A DNA stretch of 63,381 nucleotides, the filler included, from Eubacteriales bacterium (GTDB lineage: Bacteria; Bacillota; Clostridia; Oscillospirales; CAG-382): NCBI GenBank assembly GCA_045636665.1. It is 4 parts of 4 records of this genome, joined end to end, with 100 filler letters (N's around TTAATTAATTAA, not from the genome) between each part and the next. Parts side by side here need not be neighbours in the genome. Positions count along the whole stretch, not along the records: positions 43,345 to 61,707 come from JAZTXY010000016.1; 3 more parts are not named here. One strand, given 5' to 3'. The translations under genes were made by a program, and so were the position numbers. The first letter of the stretch is position 1, and every line of letters begins with the position of its first letter. Below are positions 44,771-55,478 of this stretch, piece by piece. Under the pieces are notes generated by a model that saw only the letters and a program-made list of their open reading frames with translations, ran no database searches and was not told the DNA's origin.

Positions 44771-45763
44771 TTATGCCGCGTTGCGCTTTTTGTATCGGCT
44801 TATAATTTTTACAGCTATTATCGCCGAAACGCCAATTACAATCAAAATAATAGACGTAACAACGGCGCACCAAAGAACAACACTTGTCAATTGGTTTATA
44901 ATATACATCAAGGGCGCCGCAACTAACGAAGAAAGCAAACCGTTGAGAATAGCAACAGATGCGCAGAGAAAGACAACACCGACCACAATAAACGGTATTG
45001 AGCAATATTTTACCCCCGAAGAAAGCGAGCGCAAAACTAAAAATATCAGTCCGCACAATATTATTACAGAAACAATCAACGTCGCGAACAGCCAATCGGC
45101 AAAAACGAAATTAATTGTACTTGCAACGTTTTCGCCGACAAGAGTGTCAAGCTTTTGGTCGCCTATCGCTTCAAAAACCTCGCCGTAATCCTCTTCAAGA
45201 GTTGTTTGCAAATGATCAAGGCGTTCCTCGGTAAGGTCATAGCCCAACACGGAAGAAAACTTTTCACGGTTTACTTCAAGGCAATCGATAATGTTTTCGG
45301 GAGTAACAACGTCGCTTGAATTACCCGAGGTTAATGCTTCGATGCTACCCGAGAAAATCTCGCCGAAATACTCACGGAATTGCTCGTCTTCGATAATAGA
45401 ACGAAATTCGTCCTTTGAAATAGGCGTCGGCAATTCTTCCTGATCGATGTTATCATAAATGATATCAAAAACGTTGTCGGATTCACATACCAAGCCATAG
45501 CTTTCAAGAAGCTCTTTATCGGCAACATCTTCGATCTTAACCTCGTCAAGGTTAACGTTGTTCATCATTTCCTCAATGGTCGACGAAGAAACGGCATCGC
45601 GTATTACAATAAGGCAGGTCGTTGCAATAAGTAACAGCGCAAGTAAAATCGAAAGAAGTGTCGCACCGATATGTGCAAGGGTTCTTCGCTTTTTCTTTTG
45701 AGAACATTCGTCACAGTGATTTGAATTATCAAGAATTTCTTTTCCGCATTTTTCGCAATTCAT
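44771..45763 (-). CDS. Zinc-ribbon-containing membrane protein
   Basis: CEKC...CDEC at the N-terminus, one TM, large loop, three C-terminal TMs; AAGGAGG RBS. Confidence 0.8.
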   Translation of the reverse strand: MNCEKCGKEILDNSNHCDECSQKKKRRTLAHIGATLLSILLALLLIATTCLIVIRDAVSSSTIEEMMNNVNLDEVKIEDVADKELLESYGLVCESDNVFDIIYDNIDQEELPTPISKDEFRSIIEDEQFREYFGEIFSGSIEALTSGNSSDVVTPENIIDCLEVNREKFSSVLGYDLTEERLDHLQTTLEEDYGEVFEAIGDQKLDTLVGENVASTINFVFADWLFATLIVSVIILCGLIFLVLRSLSSGVKYCSIPFIVVGVVFLCASVAILNGLLSSLVAAPLMYIINQLTSVVLWCAVVTSIILIVIGVSAIIAVKIISRYKKRNAA

Positions 45764-45853
45764 TTTAAAACCTCCTTACGAAAATAGATTTTACAACAAT
45801 TAAACTAAAAAAGCAATTAAATTTTACTTTATCAAAATTTAATTAAGATAAAT

Positions 45854-45882
45854 AGCCGTCAAACCATAAAAGTTCGACGGCT
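45854..45882 (-). terminator. Terminator of the his operon
   Basis: AGCCGTC...GACGGCT hairpin just after the hisIE stop. Confidence 0.6.
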
Positions 45883-45890
45883 TTTCGCAA

Positions 45891-46532
45891 TTATGCCATT
45901 TTTTCTTGCTTAACTTTTTTATCAATTACGTGTCGAGAAGCAAGTTCTTTACGAATATCGTCAACAGAAATATTCATATCAGCCATCAATACCATTGCAT
46001 GATACATCAAGTCCGCTAACTCATAGATGGTTTCGGCTTTATCGTCAGCCTTACCGCCGATAATTACTTCGGTTGCTTCCTCGCCAACCTTTTTAAGAAT
46101 CTTATCTCTTCCCTTTTCGAAAAGATAGGTTGTATATGAGCCCTCTTTTTTATCGGTTTTTCTGCCCTTGATAAGCTCCATAAGACCTTCAACGGTAAAA
46201 GGCTCATTACCCTCGAAAACAGGGTTAAAGAAACAGCTTTCATTGCCCGTGTGACAAGCAGGACCTGCAGGAATAACGCTTATAAGAAGGGTGTCGAGAT
46301 CGCAATCGGTTGCGATAGAAACAACGGTTTGAACGTTGCCCGAGGTTTCGCCTTTTCTCCAAAGCTCTTGTCTTGAACGAGAATAAAAACAAGTTCTTTC
46401 TTCCTTCAAAGTGATTTCAAGGCTTTCACTGTTCATATATGCAAGCATAAGCACCTTGCCTGTTCTTGCATCAGTAACTATCGCAGGGATCAAACCGTTT
46501 TCATTATATTTAAGTTCGTTTACGTTAATCAT
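45891..46532 (-). CDS. hisIE: Phosphoribosyl-AMP cyclohydrolase / phosphoribosyl-ATP pyrophosphatase
   Basis: [28 protein letters not shown]. Confidence 0.95.
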   Translation of the reverse strand: MINVNELKYNENGLIPAIVTDARTGKVLMLAYMNSESLEITLKEERTCFYSRSRQELWRKGETSGNVQTVVSIATDCDLDTLLISVIPAGPACHTGNESCFFNPVFEGNEPFTVEGLMELIKGRKTDKKEGSYTTYLFEKGRDKILKKVGEEATEVIIGGKADDKAETIYELADLMYHAMVLMADMNISVDDIRKELASRHVIDKKVKQEKMA

Positions 46533-47298
46533 AATTTTTACCTATCCTAACGTTAATTCCGTTTTCTTTAAGTTCTTTTTTCAAATCAGATATTTTAATT
46601 TCACCAAAATGGAATACAGAAGCCGCAAGCCCCGCATCGATTTCGGGAACCTTTTTAAAAAGCTCGATAAAATGCTCGACAGAGCCTGCTCCGCCCGATG
46701 CAATTACGGGTACCTTGCAAACGTCACAGACTTGTTGCAAAAGCTGGATATCAAAACCGTTTTTAACTCCGTCGGTATCGATAGAATTGACAACCAATTC
46801 ACCCGCGCCTGATTCAACACCGTTTTTTAACCAGCTTAATGCTTCAATGCCAGTATCTTCTCTACCGCCTTTTGCAAAAACTCTGAAACCGCCATCAACA
46901 CGCTTGATATCCGCAGAAAGAACAACGCATTGACTGCCGTATTTTTTAGCGCCTTCGTAAATGAGGTTGGGATTTCTTATCGCGCCGGAATTCACGCTGA
47001 CTTTATCAGCGCCGCTTTCCAATACTCTTGCAAAATCATCAATGATATTAATGCCGCCGCCAACGGTTAAAGGAATAAACACGTTGGAAGCCGTTTCGCG
47101 AAGGATTTCGGCAAAAAGCTTTCTTTGTTCAAACGATGCGGTAATATCGTAAAACACAAGCTCATCCGCACCACAAGCGCTATATTCAGCTGCAAGCTTT
47201 ATTGGCGAATCGACATCGTTAAGACCTAAGAAATTTTTTCCCTTAACCACTCTGCCGTCGCGTACGTCAAGACAAGGGATAATACGTTTGGTAATCAT
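46525..47298 (-). CDS. hisF: Imidazole glycerol phosphate synthase cyclase subunit
   Basis: [24 protein letters not shown]. Confidence 0.96.
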   Translation of the reverse strand: MITKRIIPCLDVRDGRVVKGKNFLGLNDVDSPIKLAAEYSACGADELVFYDITASFEQRKLFAEILRETASNVFIPLTVGGGINIIDDFARVLESGADKVSVNSGAIRNPNLIYEGAKKYGSQCVVLSADIKRVDGGFRVFAKGGREDTGIEALSWLKNGVESGAGELVVNSIDTDGVKNGFDIQLLQQVCDVCKVPVIASGGAGSVEHFIELFKKVPEIDAGLAASVFHFGEIKISDLKKELKENGINVRIGKNYD

Positions 47299-48014
47299 TT
47301 ATTACCCTCCCCGACGGCAATCGCTTCCGCAAGGTCAATGTTGCCGTTATATATCGCTTTACCAAGTATTGCGCCATATACTCCGCAATCGAGCAGCTCT
47401 CTGACGTCATCAATAGTTGTTACGCCGCCCGAAGCAATAAGATTAAGCTCATACTTGCTTAAAATTTGTTTGTAAAGTTCGGTATTTGTGCCCGACAAAG
47501 CACCGTCCTTTGAAATATCGGTGCAGATAATCGTTTTTACGCCCAAAGAGAGCATTTCACCGATAAAATCCAAGGTGGGAATACCACTTTGCTGTGTCCA
47601 GCCGCTTATCGAAACAATACCGTCGCGCGCATCAACACCAACGGCGATTTTAGAACCGTATTCTCTAATCGCTTCCTTCAAAAAAGTCTTATCCGATACT
47701 GCAGAAGTGCCTAAAATAATTCTATCTGCGCCTACGTTTGCATATTTTTCGACTGTTTTGATGTTACGGATACCGCCGCCGATTTCGCAAGGAATATTGA
47801 CGGAAGAAATAACGGATGCAACAGTATCAAAATTGCTTGAATCACCGGCTCTTGCGCCCTCAAGGTCAACAAGATGTATATAGGAAGCGCCCTTTTCAAC
47901 GAATGACTTTGCTATTTCAAGCGGAGTTCCGTAAACGGTCATCTGGGCATAGTCGCCTTTAAAAAGGCGCACTGCTTTTTGTTCAAAAATATCTATTGCA
48001 GGTAATATTTGCAT
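47295..48014 (-). CDS. hisA: ProFAR isomerase
   Basis: PAIDI, HLVDLEGA, GGGIR, TDISKDG. Confidence 0.95.
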   Translation of the reverse strand: MQILPAIDIFEQKAVRLFKGDYAQMTVYGTPLEIAKSFVEKGASYIHLVDLEGARAGDSSNFDTVASVISSVNIPCEIGGGIRNIKTVEKYANVGADRIILGTSAVSDKTFLKEAIREYGSKIAVGVDARDGIVSISGWTQQSGIPTLDFIGEMLSLGVKTIICTDISKDGALSGTNTELYKQILSKYELNLIASGGVTTIDDVRELLDCGVYGAILGKAIYNGNIDLAEAIAVGEGNK

Positions 48015-48021
48015 AATTCAC

Positions 48022-48630
48022 CTATATTTCACAAAATGACTTTAATATCATCAAGCCGGCTTCGCCGCTCTTTTCGGGGTGATACTGAGTGCCCATAACG
48101 TTGCCGTTTTGTACCGATGCTGTTAAAAGCGCACCGTATTCGGTTTGGGCGGTAATATATTCAATAGGACAATCGGCATGATAGGAATGGACGAAATATA
48201 CAAATTCACCATTATCGGTATTTTTGTAAATATCGCCTTTTGTTTCGGTAAAAATAAGCGAATTCCAACCGATTTGCGGAACCTTATTTCCATTTACAAG
48301 CGGACTGATCGCCACAACCTTACCGGGAATCAATCCAAGCCCTTCGTGTTCGCCGAATTCGAGTCCCTTTTCGAAAAGCAATTGCATTCCGAGGCAGATG
48401 CCCATTAGCGGCTTACCGCTTTTTGCGTACTTTTTTACAACCTCACCGAGGCCCGTGTTTTTTAAAGCGTCTGCCGCGTCGCCGAAAGCGCCTACGCCCG
48501 GTAATATCAATCTGTCGCATGCGAGTATCGATTTTTCATCCGAAACCAACTCGGCAGATTCTCCGATATAACGAAAAGACGATTTTAGTGAAAACAGATT
48601 ACCAACGCCGTAATCAACTATACCAACCAT
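48022..48630 (-). CDS. hisH: Imidazole glycerol phosphate synthase glutaminase subunit
   Basis: LPGVGAF, GICLGMQ, QYHPEKS. Confidence 0.96.
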   Translation of the reverse strand: MVGIVDYGVGNLFSLKSSFRYIGESAELVSDEKSILACDRLILPGVGAFGDAADALKNTGLGEVVKKYAKSGKPLMGICLGMQLLFEKGLEFGEHEGLGLIPGKVVAISPLVNGNKVPQIGWNSLIFTETKGDIYKNTDNGEFVYFVHSYHADCPIEYITAQTEYGALLTASVQNGNVMGTQYHPEKSGEAGLMILKSFCEI

Positions 48631-49217
48631 TAAAGCACCCCTTTAGTCGACGGCAAAACGCCTGCACGTTTAGGATCGATTTCGGTTGCTTCATCCATAA
48701 TCCTGCCGAACGCTTTAAATGCGCCTTCGATAATGTGGTGAGTGTTTTTGCCGGCAAGCTTTGTTATATGAAGGGTTAATTTTGCATTACGAACGAACGA
48801 AATGAAAAATTCGCTTACTAATTCGGTATCAAAATTTCCGACTTTTTTTGCAGGTACGGGAAGATCGAGAGAAAGGTGCGGTCTACCCGAAATATCGACT
48901 GCTGCAAGTATCAAAGCCTCGTCCATCGGTATCGTTTTATCGGCATAGCGTTTTATGCCCAACTTATCGCCCATAGCTTCGGCAAAAGCCAAGCCAAGGC
49001 AGATTCCGACGTCTTCAATGGTGTGGTGAGCATCGACTTCTAAATCGCCTTTGCATTCAACAGTAAGATCAAACATACCGTGCGATGCAAACAGTGTTAA
49101 CATATGATCAAAGAAACCAACGCCCGTATTTATTTGACTTTTTCCGCTTCCGTCAAGATTGAGTTCGATTGAAATATCGGTTTCCTTGGTTGTTCTGTCA
49201 ATTTTGGAAGTTCTCAT
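48630..49217 (-). CDS. hisB: Imidazoleglycerol-phosphate dehydratase
   Basis: FFDHML, DAHHTIED, NTHHIIE, PSTKG. Confidence 0.96.
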   Translation of the reverse strand: MRTSKIDRTTKETDISIELNLDGSGKSQINTGVGFFDHMLTLFASHGMFDLTVECKGDLEVDAHHTIEDVGICLGLAFAEAMGDKLGIKRYADKTIPMDEALILAAVDISGRPHLSLDLPVPAKKVGNFDTELVSEFFISFVRNAKLTLHITKLAGKNTHHIIEGAFKAFGRIMDEATEIDPKRAGVLPSTKGVL

Positions 49218-50278
49218 TAATTTCCTCCGATTATATCGTTTAGAGCATTATACACCGTTTTCATTTGATCGGGTGTGCCGATTGAAATCCTTAAAAATTC
49301 GCAAATACGCTCTTTATCAAAGCGGCGAATCAATATACCGCGTTCGCGCAGCTTATTTGCAATCACTTTTCCGTTTATCTTATTATGCTTTGCAAAAACA
49401 AAGTTCGTTTTTGAGGGTATAACCTCAAAGCCCAAAGCTTTGATTTCTTCCGAAAAGGAATCTCTTGTATCGCATATTTCTTTAACACACTTGATGTAAT
49501 AATCATTGTTTTCAAGAACCGCTTTACCGACTGCTTGGGTAATCGAGTTAACGTTGTACGGATTTATTGAAAACTTAACCTTTTGAATATCTTCAACAAG
49601 CTCTTCGCACGCGATTAGGTATCCCAAACGAGCACCTGCCATACCGCGTGATTTTGAAAATGTACCTATGACTACAAGATTATCGTATTTTTCGGTGAGC
49701 TTCACGCAAGTTTGTCCCGAAAAATCGGCATAAGCTTCATCAATTATTACGATGTTATCGCTATTGCTCTTAACAATCTCTTCAATTTGCTCTACCGACA
49801 GCATTTTACCCGTAGGCGCGTTGGGATTGGCAATAACAACAGTATTGTTTATATTGTAATAATTACAAGGAACTATCGAAAGCTCGTTGTCAAGCGGAAT
49901 CACAGTGGATTCGATACCGCAAAGGTCGGCATATACCGAATAGAAGCCGTAGGTTATATCGGCAAATGCAACGCCGCATTCTTTTCCGCAAAAAGCAAGA
50001 AAAGAGAGATAAAGCGCCTCGTCGGAGCCATTTGTGAAAACGACGTTTTTGCTTCCGTAACCGAACACTTTAGAAAAGCTTTCGGTCAATGCTTTGCAGG
50101 AAAGGTCTGAATAAAGATTCATATTCGCAACCGCATCAACCGCCGCCTTTTCAACTCCCAAAGCGGGCGGATACGGAAATTCATTCGTATTTAATTTAAT
50201 AAACTCGCCGGGCTTTGGTTGTTCACCCGGAACGTACGCTTCTAAAGCCGAAAGGCGTTTATCTAAAAATCGACTCAT
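49217..50278 (-). CDS. hisC: Histidinol-phosphate transaminase
   Basis: KLNTNE, NPNAPTG, DEAY, TFSKSRGMAGARLG. Confidence 0.95.
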   Translation of the reverse strand: MSRFLDKRLSALEAYVPGEQPKPGEFIKLNTNEFPYPPALGVEKAAVDAVANMNLYSDLSCKALTESFSKVFGYGSKNVVFTNGSDEALYLSFLAFCGKECGVAFADITYGFYSVYADLCGIESTVIPLDNELSIVPCNYYNINNTVVIANPNAPTGKMLSVEQIEEIVKSNSDNIVIIDEAYADFSGQTCVKLTEKYDNLVVIGTFSKSRGMAGARLGYLIACEELVEDIQKVKFSINPYNVNSITQAVGKAVLENNDYYIKCVKEICDTRDSFSEEIKALGFEVIPSKTNFVFAKHNKINGKVIANKLRERGILIRRFDKERICEFLRISIGTPDQMKTVYNALNDIIGGN

Positions 50279-51549
50279 TAAATTTTCTCCTTACGGATCA
50301 ACGCGCTTCTTGCGTGCGCATCTAATCCTTCGCGCTTTGCAAACATAGCGATTTTTTCCGCATCGTTAATCAGAGCATCGCGTGTATAATAGGTATATTC
50401 AATAGTTTTTATAAAGTCATCTACCGACAAAGCGCTTGCAAATCTTGCAGTTCCGCTTGTAGGAAGAACGTGATTTGTTCCCGAGAAATAATCACCGACC
50501 GCTTCAGGACAACTGCTACCGAGGAATACAGAACCGGCGTTCTTAACCGACTCCAATAACTCAAAAGCGTTTTCGGTATTGATTTCAAGGTGTTCGGGAG
50601 CAAGCTTATTTGAAATTTCAATAGCTTCTTCAATATTTTGGGTTATAATGATTTTTCCGTTGTTATCGATAGAAGCGCGCGCGATTTCTTTTCTCGGCAA
50701 AAGCTCAAGCTGTCTTTCAACCTCGTTAGCGGTCGCAATTGCCAATTCCTCGCAATCGGTCACAAGAACCGCCGCGGCATTTTTATCGTGTTCTGCCTGA
50801 GAAAGAAGGTCTGCCGCCGCCATCGAGGGGTCGCAGCTCTTATCTGCAATAATAAGTATCTCGCTCGGTCCTGCAATCATATCGATATCGACTATGCCGT
50901 ATACCTGTCGTTTCGCTTCAGCGACAAAAGCATTGCCGGGACCAACGATTTTATCAACCTTGGGCACTGTTTCGGTACCGTAAGCCAAAGCGGCAACCGC
51001 TTGTGCTCCGCCGATACACAAAAGACGATCAACTCCCGCAACGTATGCCGCGGCAAGAATATCATCACGAATCGAACCGTCCTTCGAGGGCGGTGTAGTC
51101 ATAACGATTTCTTCGACGCCTGCGATTTTTGCAGGAATACAGTTCATAAGAACCGAAGAAGGATATGCCGCAGTACCGCCGGGCACGTAAAGCGCAACAC
51201 GTTGAAGCGGCAAAACCTTTCTGCCGAGAATAACACCGTTTTCTCGCTTTATCTCGTAGCCGTTGCGTTTTTGCATTTCGTGATATTCACGAATGTTTTT
51301 TGCGGCTTCGTCCAATACCTTCTTAAACTCATCATCGGTTTTATCGTATGCTTGCTTCATTAAAGAAGGATCAATTTCCAAGCTATCAAGCTCAACCTTG
51401 TCGAACTTCAAGCAATACTCTTTAATGGCCGCATCGCCGTTTTCACGAACGTTTTCGATAATTTCCGAAACCGCCGCCGAAACGTCAACCGTTTGAGTTG
51501 AACGGTCAAATATTTCTTTTTCGTTATAGCTTTTTAAAATCTTTATCAT
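50278..51549 (-). CDS. hisD: Histidinol dehydrogenase
   Basis: YVPGG, IDMIAGPSE, QAEHD, APEHLE, GTNHVLPT. Confidence 0.96.
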   Translation of the reverse strand: MIKILKSYNEKEIFDRSTQTVDVSAAVSEIIENVRENGDAAIKEYCLKFDKVELDSLEIDPSLMKQAYDKTDDEFKKVLDEAAKNIREYHEMQKRNGYEIKRENGVILGRKVLPLQRVALYVPGGTAAYPSSVLMNCIPAKIAGVEEIVMTTPPSKDGSIRDDILAAAYVAGVDRLLCIGGAQAVAALAYGTETVPKVDKIVGPGNAFVAEAKRQVYGIVDIDMIAGPSEILIIADKSCDPSMAAADLLSQAEHDKNAAAVLVTDCEELAIATANEVERQLELLPRKEIARASIDNNGKIIITQNIEEAIEISNKLAPEHLEINTENAFELLESVKNAGSVFLGSSCPEAVGDYFSGTNHVLPTSGTARFASALSVDDFIKTIEYTYYTRDALINDAEKIAMFAKREGLDAHARSALIRKEKI

Positions 51550-52187
51550 TTTTTATTCTCCGAAATATAATCGGTAGTGCGTGCGACAAGCTTATTAATG
51601 CTTTCGGATTTGAATTTATATGCCGCTTTATTTGCAACCAATCTCGCGCTTATATCGCATATAGTTTCAAAGGCTTCCAATCCGTTTTCTCGTAACGTAG
51701 CGCCCGTTTCAACAATATCAACGATAACGTCGCTCAAATCAAGTAAAGGTGCAATTTCAATCGAACCGTTAAGTTTAATTATTTCGATATCGCGCGATTG
51801 ACCCGAATAATAGTTCCAAGCTATATTCGAAAACTTTGTTGCAACACGAATGGTGCGGTCGGTAGGAATTCTGATGCCCTTTTTTCCCGCAACCGCCATT
51901 CTGCATTTGCCAAATCCAAGGTCGCAAAGTTCATAAACGTCAGGAGAATATTCAAGCAAAATGTCTTTTCCGACAACACCGATATCCGCCGCGCCGCGTT
52001 CTACGTAAATCGCAACGTCAGAAGGCTTAGCCCAAAAATATCTTACTTTATTCTCGGCGTTTTCAAAAATCAGTTTTCTGCTTCCGTCAAGCATTTCGGG
52101 ACAACCGTATCCAATGGATTCCAACAAGGAATATACCTTTTCGCCCAATCTGCCTTTGGGTAGCGCAATATTTATATAATCATTCAT
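51546..52187 (-). CDS. hisG: ATP phosphoribosyltransferase, short form
   Basis: IALPKGRL, DIVETGATLRENGL; 213 aa, paired with hisZ. Confidence 0.95.
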   Translation of the reverse strand: MNDYINIALPKGRLGEKVYSLLESIGYGCPEMLDGSRKLIFENAENKVRYFWAKPSDVAIYVERGAADIGVVGKDILLEYSPDVYELCDLGFGKCRMAVAGKKGIRIPTDRTIRVATKFSNIAWNYYSGQSRDIEIIKLNGSIEIAPLLDLSDVIVDIVETGATLRENGLEAFETICDISARLVANKAAYKFKSESINKLVARTTDYISENKK

Positions 52188-53295
52188 ACTTTATACTCCC
52201 ATCGGAAGACATCACAGCTTTTTTCTTGTACTTTAGACCATTAGGTTCAGAATCAAACGAAATACAGCGCAAGCCTTGTTTTGTAAATTCAAGCTCTGCC
52301 TTAAGCACGGTTTCTGCTCTGCAATCGCTTGAATACAAAAGGAAAATATCGTAATCGTATTCTTCGGATTGATATCTGAATTTATCCAAAACGTCGGTGA
52401 ACACCGCAAATCCCGCGGCAGAAGTTTCAACACCGAAACGACGCACGAGATTATCATATCTGCCGCCGGAAAGAACGTTTTTCGGCACTCCGTGAATAAA
52501 GCCCTGAAATACGAGTCCGTTATAATAATTCATATCGTTCATCAAGGAAAAATCAAGTATAAACTTATCGGACAAGCCGAACTCTTCAATAACCTCGGAA
52601 AGTGCGACAAGCTCTTCATATCCCGCTTGTGACGCGCTACCGCAAACAAACTGTTTCGCGTTATTAATTTCCTCGCGCAATTCACCGCAAACGAATGCCA
52701 AGGAGCAGATTCGTTCCGTGCAAACCTCATCAACGTTAAGAGATTCACACAATGCTCTTATACCGTGAAGATTCTTTTGGGAAATCAAACCGATAACCGC
52801 ATTTCTTTCGGTTTCACCAAGTCCCGAATCGGTCAATATATCAGAAACAAAGCTCATATGCGAGATCGCAATAAGATATTCTTCGTCAACGCGCAATAGA
52901 CTTTCGGAAGCAAGAAGCAATATTTCCGCAAGTGCTCGAATATCAAGATTGCCTATATATTCCAAGCCGATTTGAGTGCTTTCGTTAATGCTGCCATCGC
53001 TGCTGTCGGCGATATATACACTTTCGTTGTAGTAATACTTTGCAGGCAACATATCTTCCCTAACGTTTTTAACAATAGACAACGTAACGTCGGGCTTTAT
53101 TGCAAGAAGTCTTCCCTTGGGACCGGTAACGGTGATTATGTTACCGCTTCTTAAAAACGACTTGTTTTCAAGATAAAGATCGTAATTTTCAAACTTTCTC
53201 ATCTTGAATTTTTTATAACCAAAAGACTCAAACAACCGTCTTAGTCCAATAAAATATTCTTCATCGCGAAACATCGTAACGATATTTTTATTCAT
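52180..53295 (-). CDS. hisZ: ATP phosphoribosyltransferase regulatory subunit
   Basis: KPDVTLSIVK, QIGLEYIG, YYNGLVF, SGGRYD. Confidence 0.92.
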   Translation of the reverse strand: MNKNIVTMFRDEEYFIGLRRLFESFGYKKFKMRKFENYDLYLENKSFLRSGNIITVTGPKGRLLAIKPDVTLSIVKNVREDMLPAKYYYNESVYIADSSDGSINESTQIGLEYIGNLDIRALAEILLLASESLLRVDEEYLIAISHMSFVSDILTDSGLGETERNAVIGLISQKNLHGIRALCESLNVDEVCTERICSLAFVCGELREEINNAKQFVCGSASQAGYEELVALSEVIEEFGLSDKFILDFSLMNDMNYYNGLVFQGFIHGVPKNVLSGGRYDNLVRRFGVETSAAGFAVFTDVLDKFRYQSEEYDYDIFLLYSSDCRAETVLKAELEFTKQGLRCISFDSEPNGLKYKKKAVMSSDGSIKYE

Positions 53296-53325
53296 AAAAT
53301 CACCTATGTTCTTTATATCGTTGCT

Positions 53326-53354
53326 ATTATATCACAACAAAAAACTTTAGTCAA
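53326..53354 (-). promoter_or_regulatory. Sigma-A promoter of the his operon
   Basis: TTGACT-N17-TATAAT on the minus strand. Confidence 0.75.
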
Positions 53355-53369
53355 GTAAATGGCTAAAGT
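53344..53369. promoter_or_regulatory. Probable HisR (TrpR-like) operator overlapping the -35
   Basis: Inverted repeat ACTTTAG-N12-CTAAAGT. Confidence 0.65.
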
Positions 53370-53428
53370 TTTTTACATAATTTCAATTATTTTTTAAATT
53401 AAATTTTGTTAAATTCACTAAAAAGCAA

Positions 53429-54754
53429 TCAATTCTGACTTATTATATATTCGTCGTCAATTGCAGGCACGAAAAAGGCTTTATATCTTGGATTTTTTCC
53501 GTAAGGATCGAATTTTATAACAAAAGCGTAAAAGGGATACATCCCCGCACAATCAGACGAATACAAATATCTTACGTCGTGACCAACCAAAACGCAGTCG
53601 AGTGTTTCGGGCTCGGAGGTATCGGGGTGATAATCCTCGGTGATAGGCTGTTTGAAAAACTCTTCAAGCGCTTCGTTATACGAAAGAATCGGATATTCGC
53701 AGAACAGATTTATATTAACGATATTGCGTTTAATCGCAGTAAGATAAAAATCGTTAGTGCCTACTTTTTCAAAAGTCAAAACATATTGGGGAGTATTTGA
53801 CAGTATCTTGTCTTCGGTAATTTCGGTTATATAAACCTCTAAATTTCCGCTTGCGAATTTTTGCGAGATTTTAAACGCACCGCCGCCGAAAACATCTCGA
53901 TGGTCATTAATGAACCTATTAACTTTTCTTTGTATTTCCGATGCGATTTCTTCGCTTCGCGCACCGACGTAAAGCAAATCGTCATCAGAATACAAATACC
54001 AGTCGCCGTATTCACTAACGTTAACGCCGAAGCTCGCATCGTTATTGATACCTACGCATTCGCCGCTCTTTTTGTAACGCTCTTCGTCAAACAGCAATTT
54101 AACACCAAAGGATTTGCCCAAAATTTCAATCTGTTGCTTTCTTTCTGCCAAACCGAGTGCAGAACGTGAATACACCGAAATTTTAGAATCGTTTTTAAGA
54201 TTCTTGTTGGGATTTAAAGCAAAGTATTCCTCTGCAGTCAGCTCGCCCATACCGTTTTCCAAAAAGAATTTGTAATCATCGGGAAACGCAATTTGCGGCA
54301 ATAAGGGTTCAACTCCCGAAACGTCATTGGAATTATCCGATTGTTCATCGGAATTATCACCTTCGCCGTACGGATTACGGGTTTCGTCGCCGCCGGAATC
54401 ATTTCCGGACTCGTAACCCGAATTGTCGTTAGGGTAGCTTTCAAGACCGGAGATATTCGATTCGTTATAACTGTTCGAGTTTTCGTTTTTGTCGGGGTCG
54501 TCAACACCGTTTCCCGATACCGATGAATAGTCGGGGAAATCGGACTGCGTTCCTTCGTTTTGAAGAAATGCAACAAGCAGGCTTCCCGAAACGATAAACA
54601 CCGCAAGGCAAGCGGCAATCATCAGCGACGCAAAGCGTCTGCGCTTATAAATTATATTATTTACGGGAAAATCAACCTTTTTATCAAATTTCGCATCGGT
54701 TTTTTCGGTATTGTACAGCATTTTTTCGATATCTTGTTCGCTGTATTTTCTCAT
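53429..54754 (-). CDS. Putative anti-sigma factor with a large extracellular domain
   Basis: 3 bp after an ECF sigma; short cytoplasmic N-terminus, one TM, Asn/Ser/Asp-rich linker. Confidence 0.65.
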   Translation of the reverse strand: MRKYSEQDIEKMLYNTEKTDAKFDKKVDFPVNNIIYKRRRFASLMIAACLAVFIVSGSLLVAFLQNEGTQSDFPDYSSVSGNGVDDPDKNENSNSYNESNISGLESYPNDNSGYESGNDSGGDETRNPYGEGDNSDEQSDNSNDVSGVEPLLPQIAFPDDYKFFLENGMGELTAEEYFALNPNKNLKNDSKISVYSRSALGLAERKQQIEILGKSFGVKLLFDEERYKKSGECVGINNDASFGVNVSEYGDWYLYSDDDLLYVGARSEEIASEIQRKVNRFINDHRDVFGGGAFKISQKFASGNLEVYITEITEDKILSNTPQYVLTFEKVGTNDFYLTAIKRNIVNINLFCEYPILSYNEALEEFFKQPITEDYHPDTSEPETLDCVLVGHDVRYLYSSDCAGMYPFYAFVIKFDPYGKNPRYKAFFVPAIDDEYIISQN

Positions 54755-54757
54755 ATA

Positions 54758-55267
54758 CTATTTTTCCTCCCCTTTATTCATTTCTTTCGCAAGCATCTTT
54801 ATTGCGCGTGACAGTCTTGTTGTAACGGCGCTTACCGAAATTTCAAGAATCGCAGATATTTCGGCACACGATAAATCCGAAAAATACTTAAGTGATATGC
54901 ACACCTTAAACTTCTCGGGTAATTTATCGATAGCGGCATACAGATTTGAATAATCGTTTTGCTCATACGCATCCTCGGTCGAAAGCGACGACATAAAAGC
55001 GTCCTTATGCTCATTGCTGTCGAAAACAACCTCTTGCAAACCGCGTATTTTTTTACGGTAAGCATCTTTAAAAAGATTTACGCATATAGAATATAACCAT
55101 TTTTCAAAATTATGTACGTCGGATTTTTCATATGCGTTGTATGCTTTCAGCCAGGTTTCTTGATAAAGGTCAGAGGCATCATGTTCATTCCTGCAAAGCG
55201 AAAAGCAAAGCCGAGATAATTTTTTACCGAATTCGGCAACGTATTGCTCGAATATATCTTTTTTCAA
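54758..55267 (-). CDS. ECF-family RNA polymerase sigma factor
   Basis: DASDLYQETWLKA, KWLYSICVN, LSCAEISAILEISVSAVTTRLSRA. Confidence 0.92.
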   Translation of the reverse strand: MKKDIFEQYVAEFGKKLSRLCFSLCRNEHDASDLYQETWLKAYNAYEKSDVHNFEKWLYSICVNLFKDAYRKKIRGLQEVVFDSNEHKDAFMSSLSTEDAYEQNDYSNLYAAIDKLPEKFKVCISLKYFSDLSCAEISAILEISVSAVTTRLSRAIKMLAKEMNKGEEK

Positions 55268-55305
55268 TGCCTCCCCTCCCTTTCACAATTATTCACATTA
55301 ATACA

Positions 55306-55331
55306 GACGAAAAAATTCAAGATTTGTCACA
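55306..55331 (-). promoter_or_regulatory. ECF-type autoregulatory promoter
   Basis: TGTGAC-N16-CGTC upstream of the sigma gene; CGTC is a common ECF -10. Confidence 0.6.
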
Positions 55332-55478
55332 TATTTTTTTAATTTTTTTATTTTTTTTTTATAATATTATATATTTTTTCCTCATGATTGTCAAATTTAA
55401 TGCTTAATTGGTTTCTTTTGGTTGACTTTATTATGTTTTCGATGTAAGATTATAACAAAAAACAGACGGAGAAAATCG

